Below are positions 25,240-33,442 of a stretch of 46,622 nucleotides of DNA, piece by piece. The stretch lies in assembly GCA_038209025.1 (NCBI GenBank), contig JBBQYD010000002.1:1-46622 (forward strand), given 5' to 3'. Numbering within the stretch: the stretch's first letter is position 1; every line of letters begins with the position of its first letter. Position numbers and translations under genes: made by a program. Source of the stretch: Verrucomicrobiota bacterium (lineage in GTDB: Bacteria > Verrucomicrobiota > Verrucomicrobiia > Limisphaerales > UBA8199). The notes beneath the pieces are model-generated. The model searched no databases. It was not told the origin of the DNA and saw only the letters and a program-made list of their open reading frames with translations.

Positions 25240-26214
25240 TTACCGTGGAAGTCTTTGGCCCACGAACCTGGCCGGCACGTTTCCGGCGGGGTCAAGTTCC
25301 ACCCACAGGAATCCCCCATCCTTTAGCAGTTCGATACCCGCCGCAGCGGGGCACAGCCTCACTTTAAAAGGACGCCAATGGCGGGCATCCCGCAATGCGG
25401 AACTCAGCCGGGTGATGGTGGGGCCGAGGAACTTTATGGCCGGCATGCCGGCCAGCAATCGGCTCTGCCGCAGGATCAACGGGGAATGCAGATGACCAAT
25501 AATGGTCTGTTCCACCTGAGCGAGCCGGCTCCGCACGGCTTCTTCCCGCCACAGAAATGGCAGAGCTGTCGGATCATGGCAAAACAACAGAACTTTGGTG
25601 TTTGGAGTCAAACTGCTGAATGCGGCGCGGATGTTCGCCAGGTGTTCCTGCCGGAGTTGCTCCCATTCCGGCAGTTCTGCTGGCGGGGCATCCTTCATAA
25701 ACACCGGCAGCCCCACCAGTGTGGAGGCGAACCCCATGCAGGTGTAAACGCCGATCTCGAGCTTCCAGAACGGGGGCAGTCCGAGCTGTTGTTCGGCCCG
25801 GTGAAAACTGGCCAGGCGCAAGCCGCCCTGCGCGCCACCCAGGCTTGCCTTGCCCAACTCATGATCGCCATAGGCGAAGGCTGCACGGTTGCCGAACCTG
25901 GCCCGAATGGCGCCAATACAGGCTTGGGCGCTATGGAAGGACGCATCATCGCACAGGCCAATAAAGGCGGAGTCGCAGGAGTAATCCCCGTTGGCGATGG
26001 CGTAATCAGCGGATTGGGCGGCGGTGAGAAACCGGTCCAGCAGGTAGCCGCGGTCGAGGGGATTGCGCAACCAGAGATGCCGCCGATGGAACCTGAGCAG
26101 CGCTTTGACGACGGGATTGGCAAGGTCCCGGTACTCGTAATCATTGCCACGGGCTCGCTCCTCAGGGCCCGCATAATGGAGGTCGCTAACGACGGCAATC
26201 CTCACCGGGTTCAT
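25240..26214 (-). CDS. Calcineurin-like metallophosphoesterase
   Basis: Ordered motifs IAVVSDLHYAG (DxH), IANGDYSCD (GD), YGDHELG (GNHE-like), LFCHDP, and IIGHLHSP (GHxH). Confidence 0.75.
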   Translation of the reverse strand: MNPVRIAVVSDLHYAGPEERARGNDYEYRDLANPVVKALLRFHRRHLWLRNPLDRGYLLDRFLTAAQSADYAIANGDYSCDSAFIGLCDDASFHSAQACIGAIRARFGNRAAFAYGDHELGKASLGGAQGGLRLASFHRAEQQLGLPPFWKLEIGVYTCMGFASTLVGLPVFMKDAPPAELPEWEQLRQEHLANIRAAFSSLTPNTKVLLFCHDPTALPFLWREEAVRSRLAQVEQTIIGHLHSPLILRQSRLLAGMPAIKFLGPTITRLSSALRDARHWRPFKVRLCPAAAGIELLKDGGFLWVELDPAGNVPARFVGQRLPR

Positions 26215-26289
26215 AAACAGGCAACCCGGATGGGTTCACGGGTGCGGCGGACGAGAATGGATCGAATACCATGCAAACGTGGTGCAAGG

Positions 26290-27330
26290 CTAGCTGACCG
26301 GAAGAATAATGGCAAACTTCGCGCCGGGTTCGGATGGGTTTTCGAGGGAGACCACGCCGCGGTGCTCCCGCACGATGCGCTCCGTTATGGGCAGCCCCAG
26401 ACCCGTGCCATTTGGCTTGGTTGTGAAAAACGGTTGGAACAAGTTCCGGCAGCCTTCCTCGCACATTCCGGGGCCGGTATCTTGAACTGTCAGGCGCAGC
26501 CGGTCCGGCCCCCCAGGACTGGCGGGGGACAAGTTTTGAGTGGTGATCGTCAGCGTGCCGCTCTGGCCCATGGCCTCGAACGCGTTCAGGAGCAGGTTGA
26601 GAAACGCCTGCTGCAAGTCCGGCTCGGAGCCGGTTAGAAGGTCGGGCCGGGCGTCGAACTGACACCTCAACTGGAGGTTATGGCTCCGCATCTGGGGCTG
26701 CACCAGCCGCAGCAGATAATCCAGCGAGTTGTGCAAATGAAACGGGGCTCTGGTTGGCTCGCCTGGATTTACAAAGCGCAGTACCCGGCCGGAAATTTCG
26801 TCGATGCGCCCCAATTCGCGGCGGACAATGGTGCCCAACTCGGCTTCGGGCTGTTTTTCGAGCAGCAGGTCCACGAAAGTCTTGCTGGCGACCAGCGCGT
26901 TCTTGATCTCATGAGCCATCATGGCGGAGAGGGTGCCGATGCTGGCGAGACGTTCCAATCGGCCCAGGGCCTGCTCCACCTGTTTCGCCTGGTTTTGCAG
27001 CACGATAATCACCTGCGGGCCGCAGAAGAAGGCGGAGAGTTCGAGCTCCAGCCGGGTGCCGGAGACCAGCGTTAGCATGTCTTCCCGCTGGGGCAGGGAG
27101 GCACCCCGTTCCCCGCATTCGGACGCCAATTCGGAGATTGTTACTGGCAGGTCTCCAAGCCTGACGCGATGTGGCTCCGCAACGGGCGTGATACCCAGGA
27201 GCGAGGCGGCTTCAGGAGTTAGAAGGGCGGTTTGTGATGCCGTATCCACCAAGCAGATCGCCTGCCCCCCCCGAAAACCGGGGTGCTTGGCAATGCCAGG
27301 CTGGCGGCCAGGATTTTGGACGTCGTCCAT
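26290..27330 (-). CDS. Cytoplasmic sensor histidine kinase (N-terminal PAS-like region, HisKA, HATPase_c; NtrB-like)
   Basis: H box LSAMMAHEIKNALVA, N box FLNLLLNAFEAM, G1 VQDTGPGM, F/G2 PFFTTKPNGTGLGLPI. No TM segments. Confidence 0.85.
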   Translation of the reverse strand: MDDVQNPGRQPGIAKHPGFRGGQAICLVDTASQTALLTPEAASLLGITPVAEPHRVRLGDLPVTISELASECGERGASLPQREDMLTLVSGTRLELELSAFFCGPQVIIVLQNQAKQVEQALGRLERLASIGTLSAMMAHEIKNALVASKTFVDLLLEKQPEAELGTIVRRELGRIDEISGRVLRFVNPGEPTRAPFHLHNSLDYLLRLVQPQMRSHNLQLRCQFDARPDLLTGSEPDLQQAFLNLLLNAFEAMGQSGTLTITTQNLSPASPGGPDRLRLTVQDTGPGMCEEGCRNLFQPFFTTKPNGTGLGLPITERIVREHRGVVSLENPSEPGAKFAIILPVS

Positions 27331-27401
27331 TGCTTAGGTTCGGAACAATGTAGCTGAGAATGGTCATGCAGGCAAATTTTACGGTAGAAAATACATCATA
27401 A

Positions 27402-27438
27402 CACAACCCGCCTCCGGGGTTCCCGGAGGCGGGTTGTG
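27402..27438 (-). terminator. Strong hairpin terminator after the FadL-family gene
   Basis: CACAACCCGCCTCCGG (27402-27417) and CCGGAGGCGGGTTGTG (27423-27438) form a perfect 16-bp stem. On the minus strand it is followed by the U-rich UUAUGAUGUAUUUUCUA. It lies 26 nt after the stop at 27464. Confidence 0.7.
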
Positions 27439-27463
27439 GATGACGGGTCGCGTGGCGGCCGTT

Positions 27464-28801
27464 TTAGAAGCGCCAGCGGTACGCCAGAGACATCAAATGG
27501 ACCGTGATTTTGTAGGTGCCGTTAAACGCGGCGGTTTGGTTGTTATTGAACTCCCGGGTGTCGTAAAAATCCGCCCCGTAGGCCGCTTCCAGCGAGTGGC
27601 CGTGGTAATGGTAACCCAGCCCAACCGTAAACACGTTCTGGTCGGCATCCGGGATCGTGGGCGAAAAGGTCCTATCCGGGACCGGGCTTCCATAAAACTG
27701 GTAGCCGGCGCGCATCACCCAGTTCTTCGCGAACTTCCAATCGCCACCAATCCCAACGGTGAAGGTGTCCTTCCAGTCCTGGTTGATGCTGCGCCCGGGC
27801 AAAAGGATGTTATTGTTCCCAATGTCGAGGGGCAGCTTGTCGAAACGGGAGAACTCCAGCCATTCCACATCCGCTCCGAGCCGGATTTTGTCCGTGACCT
27901 GAAATCCGTAGCCCAGGGCGATGATCGTCGGAAAACGCATCTGGGAATCAAAAGCGCTTTTTGAGGTGGCGCCCAGAAAGGCCGCGGCTGCGGGCGGCAC
28001 CTCGGTGATTTTAAAATCGCCGTCCAGATCAACGGTTACCGGTGATCGGTAGGTCAGCGCCAGCCGATGGCGCTCGTTCACCAGCCAGGTCAGTCCCAGG
28101 TTGGCGCCAATGCCGATGCCATCACCCCGCATCTCCGCTTTGCCTTCCGGTTCGGTGCCCGTGCCAATGGGTGGCGGCAAGGCCATCCAGGGGAAATAGT
28201 TTTTGAGCGTGAGCTCGCTCCACATCACATCGAGGCCGGCGCCGAACCGCAGTTTTTCATGAAGCTTCACCGCCGCGCCGGGGTTGATGTTGATGGTTTG
28301 CAACTCCGCATAATACGGAGAGGTGTAGCGCAGCGCGCCTCCCGGGGCGAAGGCGGAGGAGTCCGAATCCCATTCGCTGCCAATCCCGTAGGGTGTGGTT
28401 ACGCCCAGGCCCACCGCCCAGGTGTCCTGTTGCAGAGGGACACCGACGAACAGATTCGGCAGGAATTTCCACGGGTGAATGGTTTTGGCGTGCTGGCCGA
28501 GAGGGGAATCGAATTCCGCGCTGATGTTGACCACCGTCGGCGTGAGTTGGAGTTCCACATCCTGCAGCTCCAGCAGGTTGGCCGGATTTTGATGGATGGC
28601 CGAGGCGTCGTCCACGTGGGTGATGCGTCCCCCGGAGCGGCCGAGGTTAAATGTGCCCGGGGGCGGGTTTCGGAACCCTTCGCCGTTGGCCGTCAGGGTG
28701 AGGGCGCAGATGGCCGCCGTGAACCCGCCCGCCAGGTTCATGGCCGACCGGCGTGAACTGGGGCGGTCCAGTATTTCGTTGAGCTGTTGTTTAGGTTTCA
28801 T
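27464..28801 (-). CDS. Outer-membrane hydrophobic-compound channel, OMPP1/FadL/TodX family
   Basis: Signal peptide (NLAGGFTAAICALTLTANG). N-terminal hatch-like GFRNPPPGTFNLGRSGG. Alternating beta-strand pattern throughout. Terminal aromatic residue (..SLAYRWRF). About 445 aa, as for FadL. Confidence 0.75.
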   Translation of the reverse strand: MKPKQQLNEILDRPSSRRSAMNLAGGFTAAICALTLTANGEGFRNPPPGTFNLGRSGGRITHVDDASAIHQNPANLLELQDVELQLTPTVVNISAEFDSPLGQHAKTIHPWKFLPNLFVGVPLQQDTWAVGLGVTTPYGIGSEWDSDSSAFAPGGALRYTSPYYAELQTININPGAAVKLHEKLRFGAGLDVMWSELTLKNYFPWMALPPPIGTGTEPEGKAEMRGDGIGIGANLGLTWLVNERHRLALTYRSPVTVDLDGDFKITEVPPAAAAFLGATSKSAFDSQMRFPTIIALGYGFQVTDKIRLGADVEWLEFSRFDKLPLDIGNNNILLPGRSINQDWKDTFTVGIGGDWKFAKNWVMRAGYQFYGSPVPDRTFSPTIPDADQNVFTVGLGYHYHGHSLEAAYGADFYDTREFNNNQTAAFNGTYKITVHLMSLAYRWRF

Positions 28802-29079
28802 TCTGTTCTAGTGTTTGCGACACAGTTTGTCCAAATCCCGGACACCATGGATTCCGGTCCCGAGTTGCTGCCGTCTGATGTTCGAGCGCTGCCGGGCCTG
28901 GTTAAGTCCCCGACCCGAGTCAGCAGCATGGGCAGTAGCAAAGGCGATGCCAGCCCCATCATCCCTGCAAGGTGCCCGTCTGTCGATTTCCTTAGTGATT
29001 GGCCCGGAAAATGTTTATAGTTTTTCCGGGTCGGCCTTTGGGAAACTCGGCAAAGGAACCACGAGCAGAACGAACCGAC

Positions 29080-30507
29080 ATGACAGAGGCAAAAAAAGAA
29101 CAGACGTTTGATAGCTGGGTATTGTTCCGGGATGCGCAAGGCGCGGAAACCCGCGCTGCCGTGCAGCGGCTTAACCGTCACCAGGTGGTGTTCGAGCATT
29201 GCACGCTGGATAGCGTGCTGCGCGTTTCCGAGGCGCTCGACAACTTTCAGATGTTCTACAATGGCGCTCCCATTTACGGCGGGCGCGCGGTGGTGCGCAC
29301 GCTGATCAACTCCGGTCCGACCACGCTATGCGAAGCCAAGCTGGAGGATGGCTGGTCTGATCTCCAGGCGCTGGCGGGGACAAATTCTGCCGGGTTGCTC
29401 CAACGGTATAAGGACTTTTTTGCCGGGCATAAGAAACTTCATCACCTGAGCCCCGAATACACCGCTGCGGTGGCTGGACTGCAAAACTATCTGACAGATG
29501 TGCGGTTGTGGCTGGATCACCTGGCGCTGGGCTTGACGTCCAATAACGGCCGCACCCGCGGCGACCTGGAACTCGAAACCGCCCGGCAAATCCAGGAACC
29601 GATTGCGCGGACGATCTTTGAGTTATTTGACCGATTCGAAGAAGTGGGCCGTAACGTGCCGGAGGAACTCGTGCCCGCCTACTATGCGTATGCCCAGCGG
29701 CAGGTCCGTCCGCTGCTCATGGATGCGCCCTTCGTGTTTCGCACCTTTCGCAAGCCCCTGGGCTACGCCGGTGACTACAAGATGGTGGCGATGATGTTTG
29801 GTGAGCCTTGTGAAGGCCCCTCGATTTTCGCCCGCGTGCTCAATTCCTATTCCCTCTCCCTGCCCCCAATTGTCGCGCATCGCAATCGCATCGACTACCT
29901 GGCTGATAACCTGGAGCGGGAAGTCTTGCGGGTTGCCCGTGCCCGGCGGCGTCCGCGCATCTACAACCTGGGTTGCGGACCCGCACGGGAGGTCCAGAAA
30001 CTGGCCGCTGCCTCCAGCGCCATGAATGAAGCGGATTTTACGCTGGTCGATTTTAACGAGGAAACCCTCACCCATGCGCGGCAGGACCTGGAACGGGTAA
30101 GGACCAGCCACGTTCCGCGGATGGACTTGCGTTTTGTCAGAAAATCCGTGCAGCAGGTGCTGAAAGAGAGCACGCGCATTGAAACCTCGGGCGACCTGGC
30201 CTATTACGATGCCGTCTATTGCGCCGGCCTGTTTGACTACTTGTCCACGAACGTCTGCAAGCATCTGGTTGAAGTGTTTTGGCGCATGGTGGCCCCCGGC
30301 GGATTGCTCATGGTGACCAATGTGGACCACCACCCGAGCAAGGCGCAGATGGAATGCTTTTTGGATTGGAATCTCATTTACCGTGACAGTTCGCTGATGC
30401 GCTCGCTCGTTCCCGCCCAAGTCGCCCCGGAGGACGTCGTCCTCAAGCGCGATCCCACCGGGGTGAATATTTTCCTCGAACTTCGCAAACCTGCGCATGG
30501 TGAGTGA
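29080..30507 (+). CDS. Class I SAM-dependent methyltransferase with a ~110-aa N-terminal beta-rich extra domain, PhcB-like architecture (start uncertain: TTG 28999, ATG 29011 or ATG 29080)
   Basis: Motif I RIYNLGCGPAREV, post-I acidic FTLVDFNEETL, motif II YDAVYCAGLFDYL, motif III VAPGGLLMVTNV. The N-terminal WVLFRDAQGAETRAAVQRLNRHQVVFEH...YGGRAVVRTL resembles small PilZ-like barrels (unverified). The stop overlaps the next gene's ATG region by 11 nt. Confidence 0.7.
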   Translation: MTEAKKEQTFDSWVLFRDAQGAETRAAVQRLNRHQVVFEHCTLDSVLRVSEALDNFQMFYNGAPIYGGRAVVRTLINSGPTTLCEAKLEDGWSDLQALAGTNSAGLLQRYKDFFAGHKKLHHLSPEYTAAVAGLQNYLTDVRLWLDHLALGLTSNNGRTRGDLELETARQIQEPIARTIFELFDRFEEVGRNVPEELVPAYYAYAQRQVRPLLMDAPFVFRTFRKPLGYAGDYKMVAMMFGEPCEGPSIFARVLNSYSLSLPPIVAHRNRIDYLADNLEREVLRVARARRRPRIYNLGCGPAREVQKLAAASSAMNEADFTLVDFNEETLTHARQDLERVRTSHVPRMDLRFVRKSVQQVLKESTRIETSGDLAYYDAVYCAGLFDYLSTNVCKHLVEVFWRMVAPGGLLMVTNVDHHPSKAQMECFLDWNLIYRDSSLMRSLVPAQVAPEDVVLKRDPTGVNIFLELRKPAHGE

Positions 30508-31900
30508 GAAAACCACAGTCGAAATCCCGCCCCCGGTGCCGGAAGCCGATTATGAACGGCAGATCATGGTGCGGCACCTGCGGGTTGGTTGTTACCTCGT
30601 CATGGTGCTCATGCCGGTGGGGTTCATCCTCGATTCGGCTTATTACTACGACGATCGCTGGCTGTTCCTGATCTTTCGTTTGACCTGTTCGCTCATTCTG
30701 GTGCCCATTCCCGGGCTGCTCCGCAGTAACTTTGGCCTGCGCCATTACCAGGCGGTGGGATTGTTTGTGGCCTTGCTGCCCGCCTTTTTCATTTGCTGGA
30801 TGATTTATGAAAAGGAAGGGGCCGCTTCGCCTTACTATGCGGGGCTTAATTTGATTTTGCTGGCCATCGCGTTTGTCTTGCGCTGGAGCGTGGGGCTGAG
30901 TCTCCTCACCTTGACCATCATCACCACGATGTATGTGGGCGCCTGCCTGTTGCACGGGTTTCCCCCGGACAATCCGCAGCGGGCTTTAAGCGAATTTGCC
31001 AACAATCTTTACTTTCTCGGGCTGACGGGGGTGATCGTGGTAACCGGCAGCCGCATTCATCACAAACTGCGTTTGCGTGAAACGGCCTTGAGCCAGCAAC
31101 TGGCGCGCAGCAAGCTGGATGTGGAGACCAGCAACCAGCGGCTGGAAGGAACCATCCAACAATTGCGCACCACCCAGTTGCAACTGGTGCAGTCGGAAAA
31201 ACGACGCGCTTTGGGTGTGCTGGCCGGCGGCATCATCCACGACATCGGAAACACCCTCAATCACGCGCGCACCAATCTCTTTGCCCTGCGCAAGAAATTC
31301 GCCGCGATCAGTTTCGAGCAGAAAACAACTCTTGACCAGATCTCAGCGGATGTTGAAACGGGCATCAAACAGGCCATCAGCACCGTCCAGCGGGTTCGCC
31401 TCTATACCCATCCGGATACGGAATCGCGCGAACTGGTGGAATTCCGGGAAATTCTCGAGTCGGCACTTATGTTCACGAGTTCTCGCTTGCGGGATCGGGG
31501 GGTGGTGCTGGAGCAGCAACTCGAACCCGGGCTGGCCATCTGGGGAAACAAACAGAGCCTCATAGACGTGGCGGTGAACCTCATCCTCAATTCGGTGGAC
31601 GCCCTCACGCTCAAGCGCTTTTCCGGCAGCGATGACCCGGTGATTCGCATTGAGAGCAAAACGTTGGAAGGCCGGATAGTCGTGGTCCTTCGCGACAATG
31701 GCGTGGGCATTGATCCCGCCATCCTCGACCAGGTTTTTGATCCCTATTTCACCACGAAAGACGTGGGCGAAGGCACCGGCCTGGGCCTGTCCACCTGCAA
31801 AAACACCGTGGAGCAGTACGGAGGCTCTATCGCGGTTCGTTCCGAGCCGGGACAGTTCTGCGAGTTTACCCTTGAATTTCCGGTGAAAGAAAACCTATAG
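30497..31900 (+). CDS. Polytopic membrane sensor histidine kinase (about 6 TM helices, no periplasmic domain), PhcS-like position
   Basis: Hydrophobic helices fall within residues about 25-190 (LVMVLMPVGFILD, WLFLIFRLTCSLILVPIPGLL, AVGLFVALLPAFFICWMIY, LNLILLAIAFVL, LSLLTLTIITTMYVGACLL, LYFLGLTGVIVVTG). A coiled coil follows. H box LAGGIIHDIGNTLNHA, N box NLILNSVDAL, G1 LRDNGVGID, G2 GEGTGLGLSTC. Confidence 0.85.
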   Translation: MVSEKTTVEIPPPVPEADYERQIMVRHLRVGCYLVMVLMPVGFILDSAYYYDDRWLFLIFRLTCSLILVPIPGLLRSNFGLRHYQAVGLFVALLPAFFICWMIYEKEGAASPYYAGLNLILLAIAFVLRWSVGLSLLTLTIITTMYVGACLLHGFPPDNPQRALSEFANNLYFLGLTGVIVVTGSRIHHKLRLRETALSQQLARSKLDVETSNQRLEGTIQQLRTTQLQLVQSEKRRALGVLAGGIIHDIGNTLNHARTNLFALRKKFAAISFEQKTTLDQISADVETGIKQAISTVQRVRLYTHPDTESRELVEFREILESALMFTSSRLRDRGVVLEQQLEPGLAIWGNKQSLIDVAVNLILNSVDALTLKRFSGSDDPVIRIESKTLEGRIVVVLRDNGVGIDPAILDQVFDPYFTTKDVGEGTGLGLSTCKNTVEQYGGSIAVRSEPGQFCEFTLEFPVKENL

Positions 31901-31914
31901 CCACCACCCACACC

Positions 31915-33174
31915 ATGGATCAGCACTATAACTACAAGGAATTCGCCATCCTCTATGTGGATGACGAAGAAATGTCTCTCTCGGGTTTCGCCCGGGCATT
32001 TGAAGACGATTTTCGCATCTACACCGCTAGCAGTGCCCGGGAAGGACTCAAGCTCCTGGAGCAGCATAAGGACGAAATCGGGCTGCTGATGACGGACCAG
32101 CGCATGCCGGGGGAGAAGGGCATCTGGCTGCTGGAGAAGGCCCGGCAGTTGGCCCCCAAAATGATTCGGATCCTGGTGACCGCGACGACGGAGTATGACG
32201 TGGCCATCGCGGCCATCAACACGGGCGCAATCTATCGGTATGTCCCCAAACCCTGGGACCCCGAGCAACTCGGCATTACCATCAAGCGCGGTCTGGAGTT
32301 TTTCCTGGTCCAGCGCGAGCGGGATCAATTGCTGCATGAGAAGATGTCGGTCCTGCGAAACATGATGATGGCGGACCGGATTGTCAGCCTGGGATTGCTG
32401 GCCGCGGGGCTTAGCCACCACATCCGGAACCCTCTGACAGCGGTGAAAACCTTTCTGGACCTTGCCCCAGCCAAGATGGAGGAGGAAAAGGCGGGCATGG
32501 ACGGCTTGCGGGACCCGGAGTTCTGGAAAGAGTACTACCAGAACGCGCAGGCCCAGCTTGAGAAAATCAATACCCTGCTAAAGAACCTCTGGAGCGCATC
32601 GGATCCTTCGTCGGTCACGTTTGGCGACCAGGTGAAGGTGCGTGAAGTGATTGAGGAAGCCCTGGCCAGCCTGAAGCCGGAGATCGAGGCCAGAGGCGTG
32701 ACCCTCGAAAATGAGGTGCCGCAGGATTTGCCGCAAATCAAAGCCGACCGCCTTAAGATACGCCGGCTTTTTGACCTGCTGCTGAAGGATGAACTGGCCA
32801 GCCTTCCGCCAGGTTCCAAGGTGCGCTTTTCCGCGGAACTGCGCTCGTCACTGGGTTATCAGGAGGTCCTGGTGAAGGTGCAAGACAACGGCCCCGGATT
32901 GCCTAAAGATTCGCTGCGACTGCTCTTTGATCCGTTTGTGGTGCGCACCGACAGCCCCATGGAATATGGCATCAACCTGATGGCCTGTTACTTCATCGTG
33001 CATCACCACGCTGGCAGGATCGAGGCGGACAGTGTGGCAGGGCAGGGCACCACATTCAGCATTTCCCTGCCGGTCAATCCCCTCGCCGGCGGCGCGCACA
33101 GTTCCGAACAAGGCTCGCAGGAGCGGACCATGCTCAGTCAGGCGCTTTGGGAGAAGTTGTTGTCCCCTGAGTAG
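31915..33174 (+). CDS. Response regulator with histidine-kinase-like output (REC + HisKA + degenerate HATPase_c), PhcR-like architecture
   Basis: REC: ILYVDDEEMSL..LLMTDQRMPGEKG..ILVTA..IYRYVPKPWDPEQL. H box GLLAAGLSHHIRNPLTAV. G1 VQDNGPGLP is present. The N-box position reads LLLKDELAS and the G2 position reads PMEYGINLMACYF instead of GxGLGL. Confidence 0.8.
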   Translation: MDQHYNYKEFAILYVDDEEMSLSGFARAFEDDFRIYTASSAREGLKLLEQHKDEIGLLMTDQRMPGEKGIWLLEKARQLAPKMIRILVTATTEYDVAIAAINTGAIYRYVPKPWDPEQLGITIKRGLEFFLVQRERDQLLHEKMSVLRNMMMADRIVSLGLLAAGLSHHIRNPLTAVKTFLDLAPAKMEEEKAGMDGLRDPEFWKEYYQNAQAQLEKINTLLKNLWSASDPSSVTFGDQVKVREVIEEALASLKPEIEARGVTLENEVPQDLPQIKADRLKIRRLFDLLLKDELASLPPGSKVRFSAELRSSLGYQEVLVKVQDNGPGLPKDSLRLLFDPFVVRTDSPMEYGINLMACYFIVHHHAGRIEADSVAGQGTTFSISLPVNPLAGGAHSSEQGSQERTMLSQALWEKLLSPE

Positions 33175-33442
33175 TTCCGCAAAAAACAGGACCCGGCTTG
33201 CGTAGTTCTTCGCCGGCCACATCGGTAATCAACCGGTTTGCCAGAGGGAGGGCTTTTTTGTTACTTCTGTTAACGGCAACATTCTGTTGACCCAAGACCG
33301 CGCTTATGCATCATCTGGTGGCGGTGACAGTCATGACGAAATTTCTTGCGCCGAATGCAAAACGGTGGCTGTCGCGCAACGGTTAATTGCGTTTTCTTAT
33401 GCTGCCGAGCGGATCGTGGCTATGGTAAGCTGAATAAAAGGC

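Noticed and set aside
25378-26637. 419-aa plus-strand ORF opposite the metallophosphoesterase and histidine-kinase genes
   Set aside because: The minus-strand ORFs carry ordered catalytic motifs (DxH/GD/GDHE/GHLH; H, N, G1, G2 boxes). The plus-strand product is motif-less and Arg/Gly/Ala/Pro-rich.
28990-29020. Sigma-54 promoter upstream of the methyltransferase (TTGGCCC...)
   Set aside because: The GG is present, but there is no GC dinucleotide at the required 10-nt spacing, so it does not fit TGGCAC-N5-TTGC.
33175-33442. Terminator and direct repeats (TTCTGTTAAC / TTCTGTTGAC, 17 nt apart) between the PhcR-like gene and the His-less kinase gene
   Set aside because: The T-run at 33254-33260 is not preceded by a convincing stem. 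A single pair of 10-mers with one mismatch is within chance expectation. It is noted only as a place to look if a TSS maps here.
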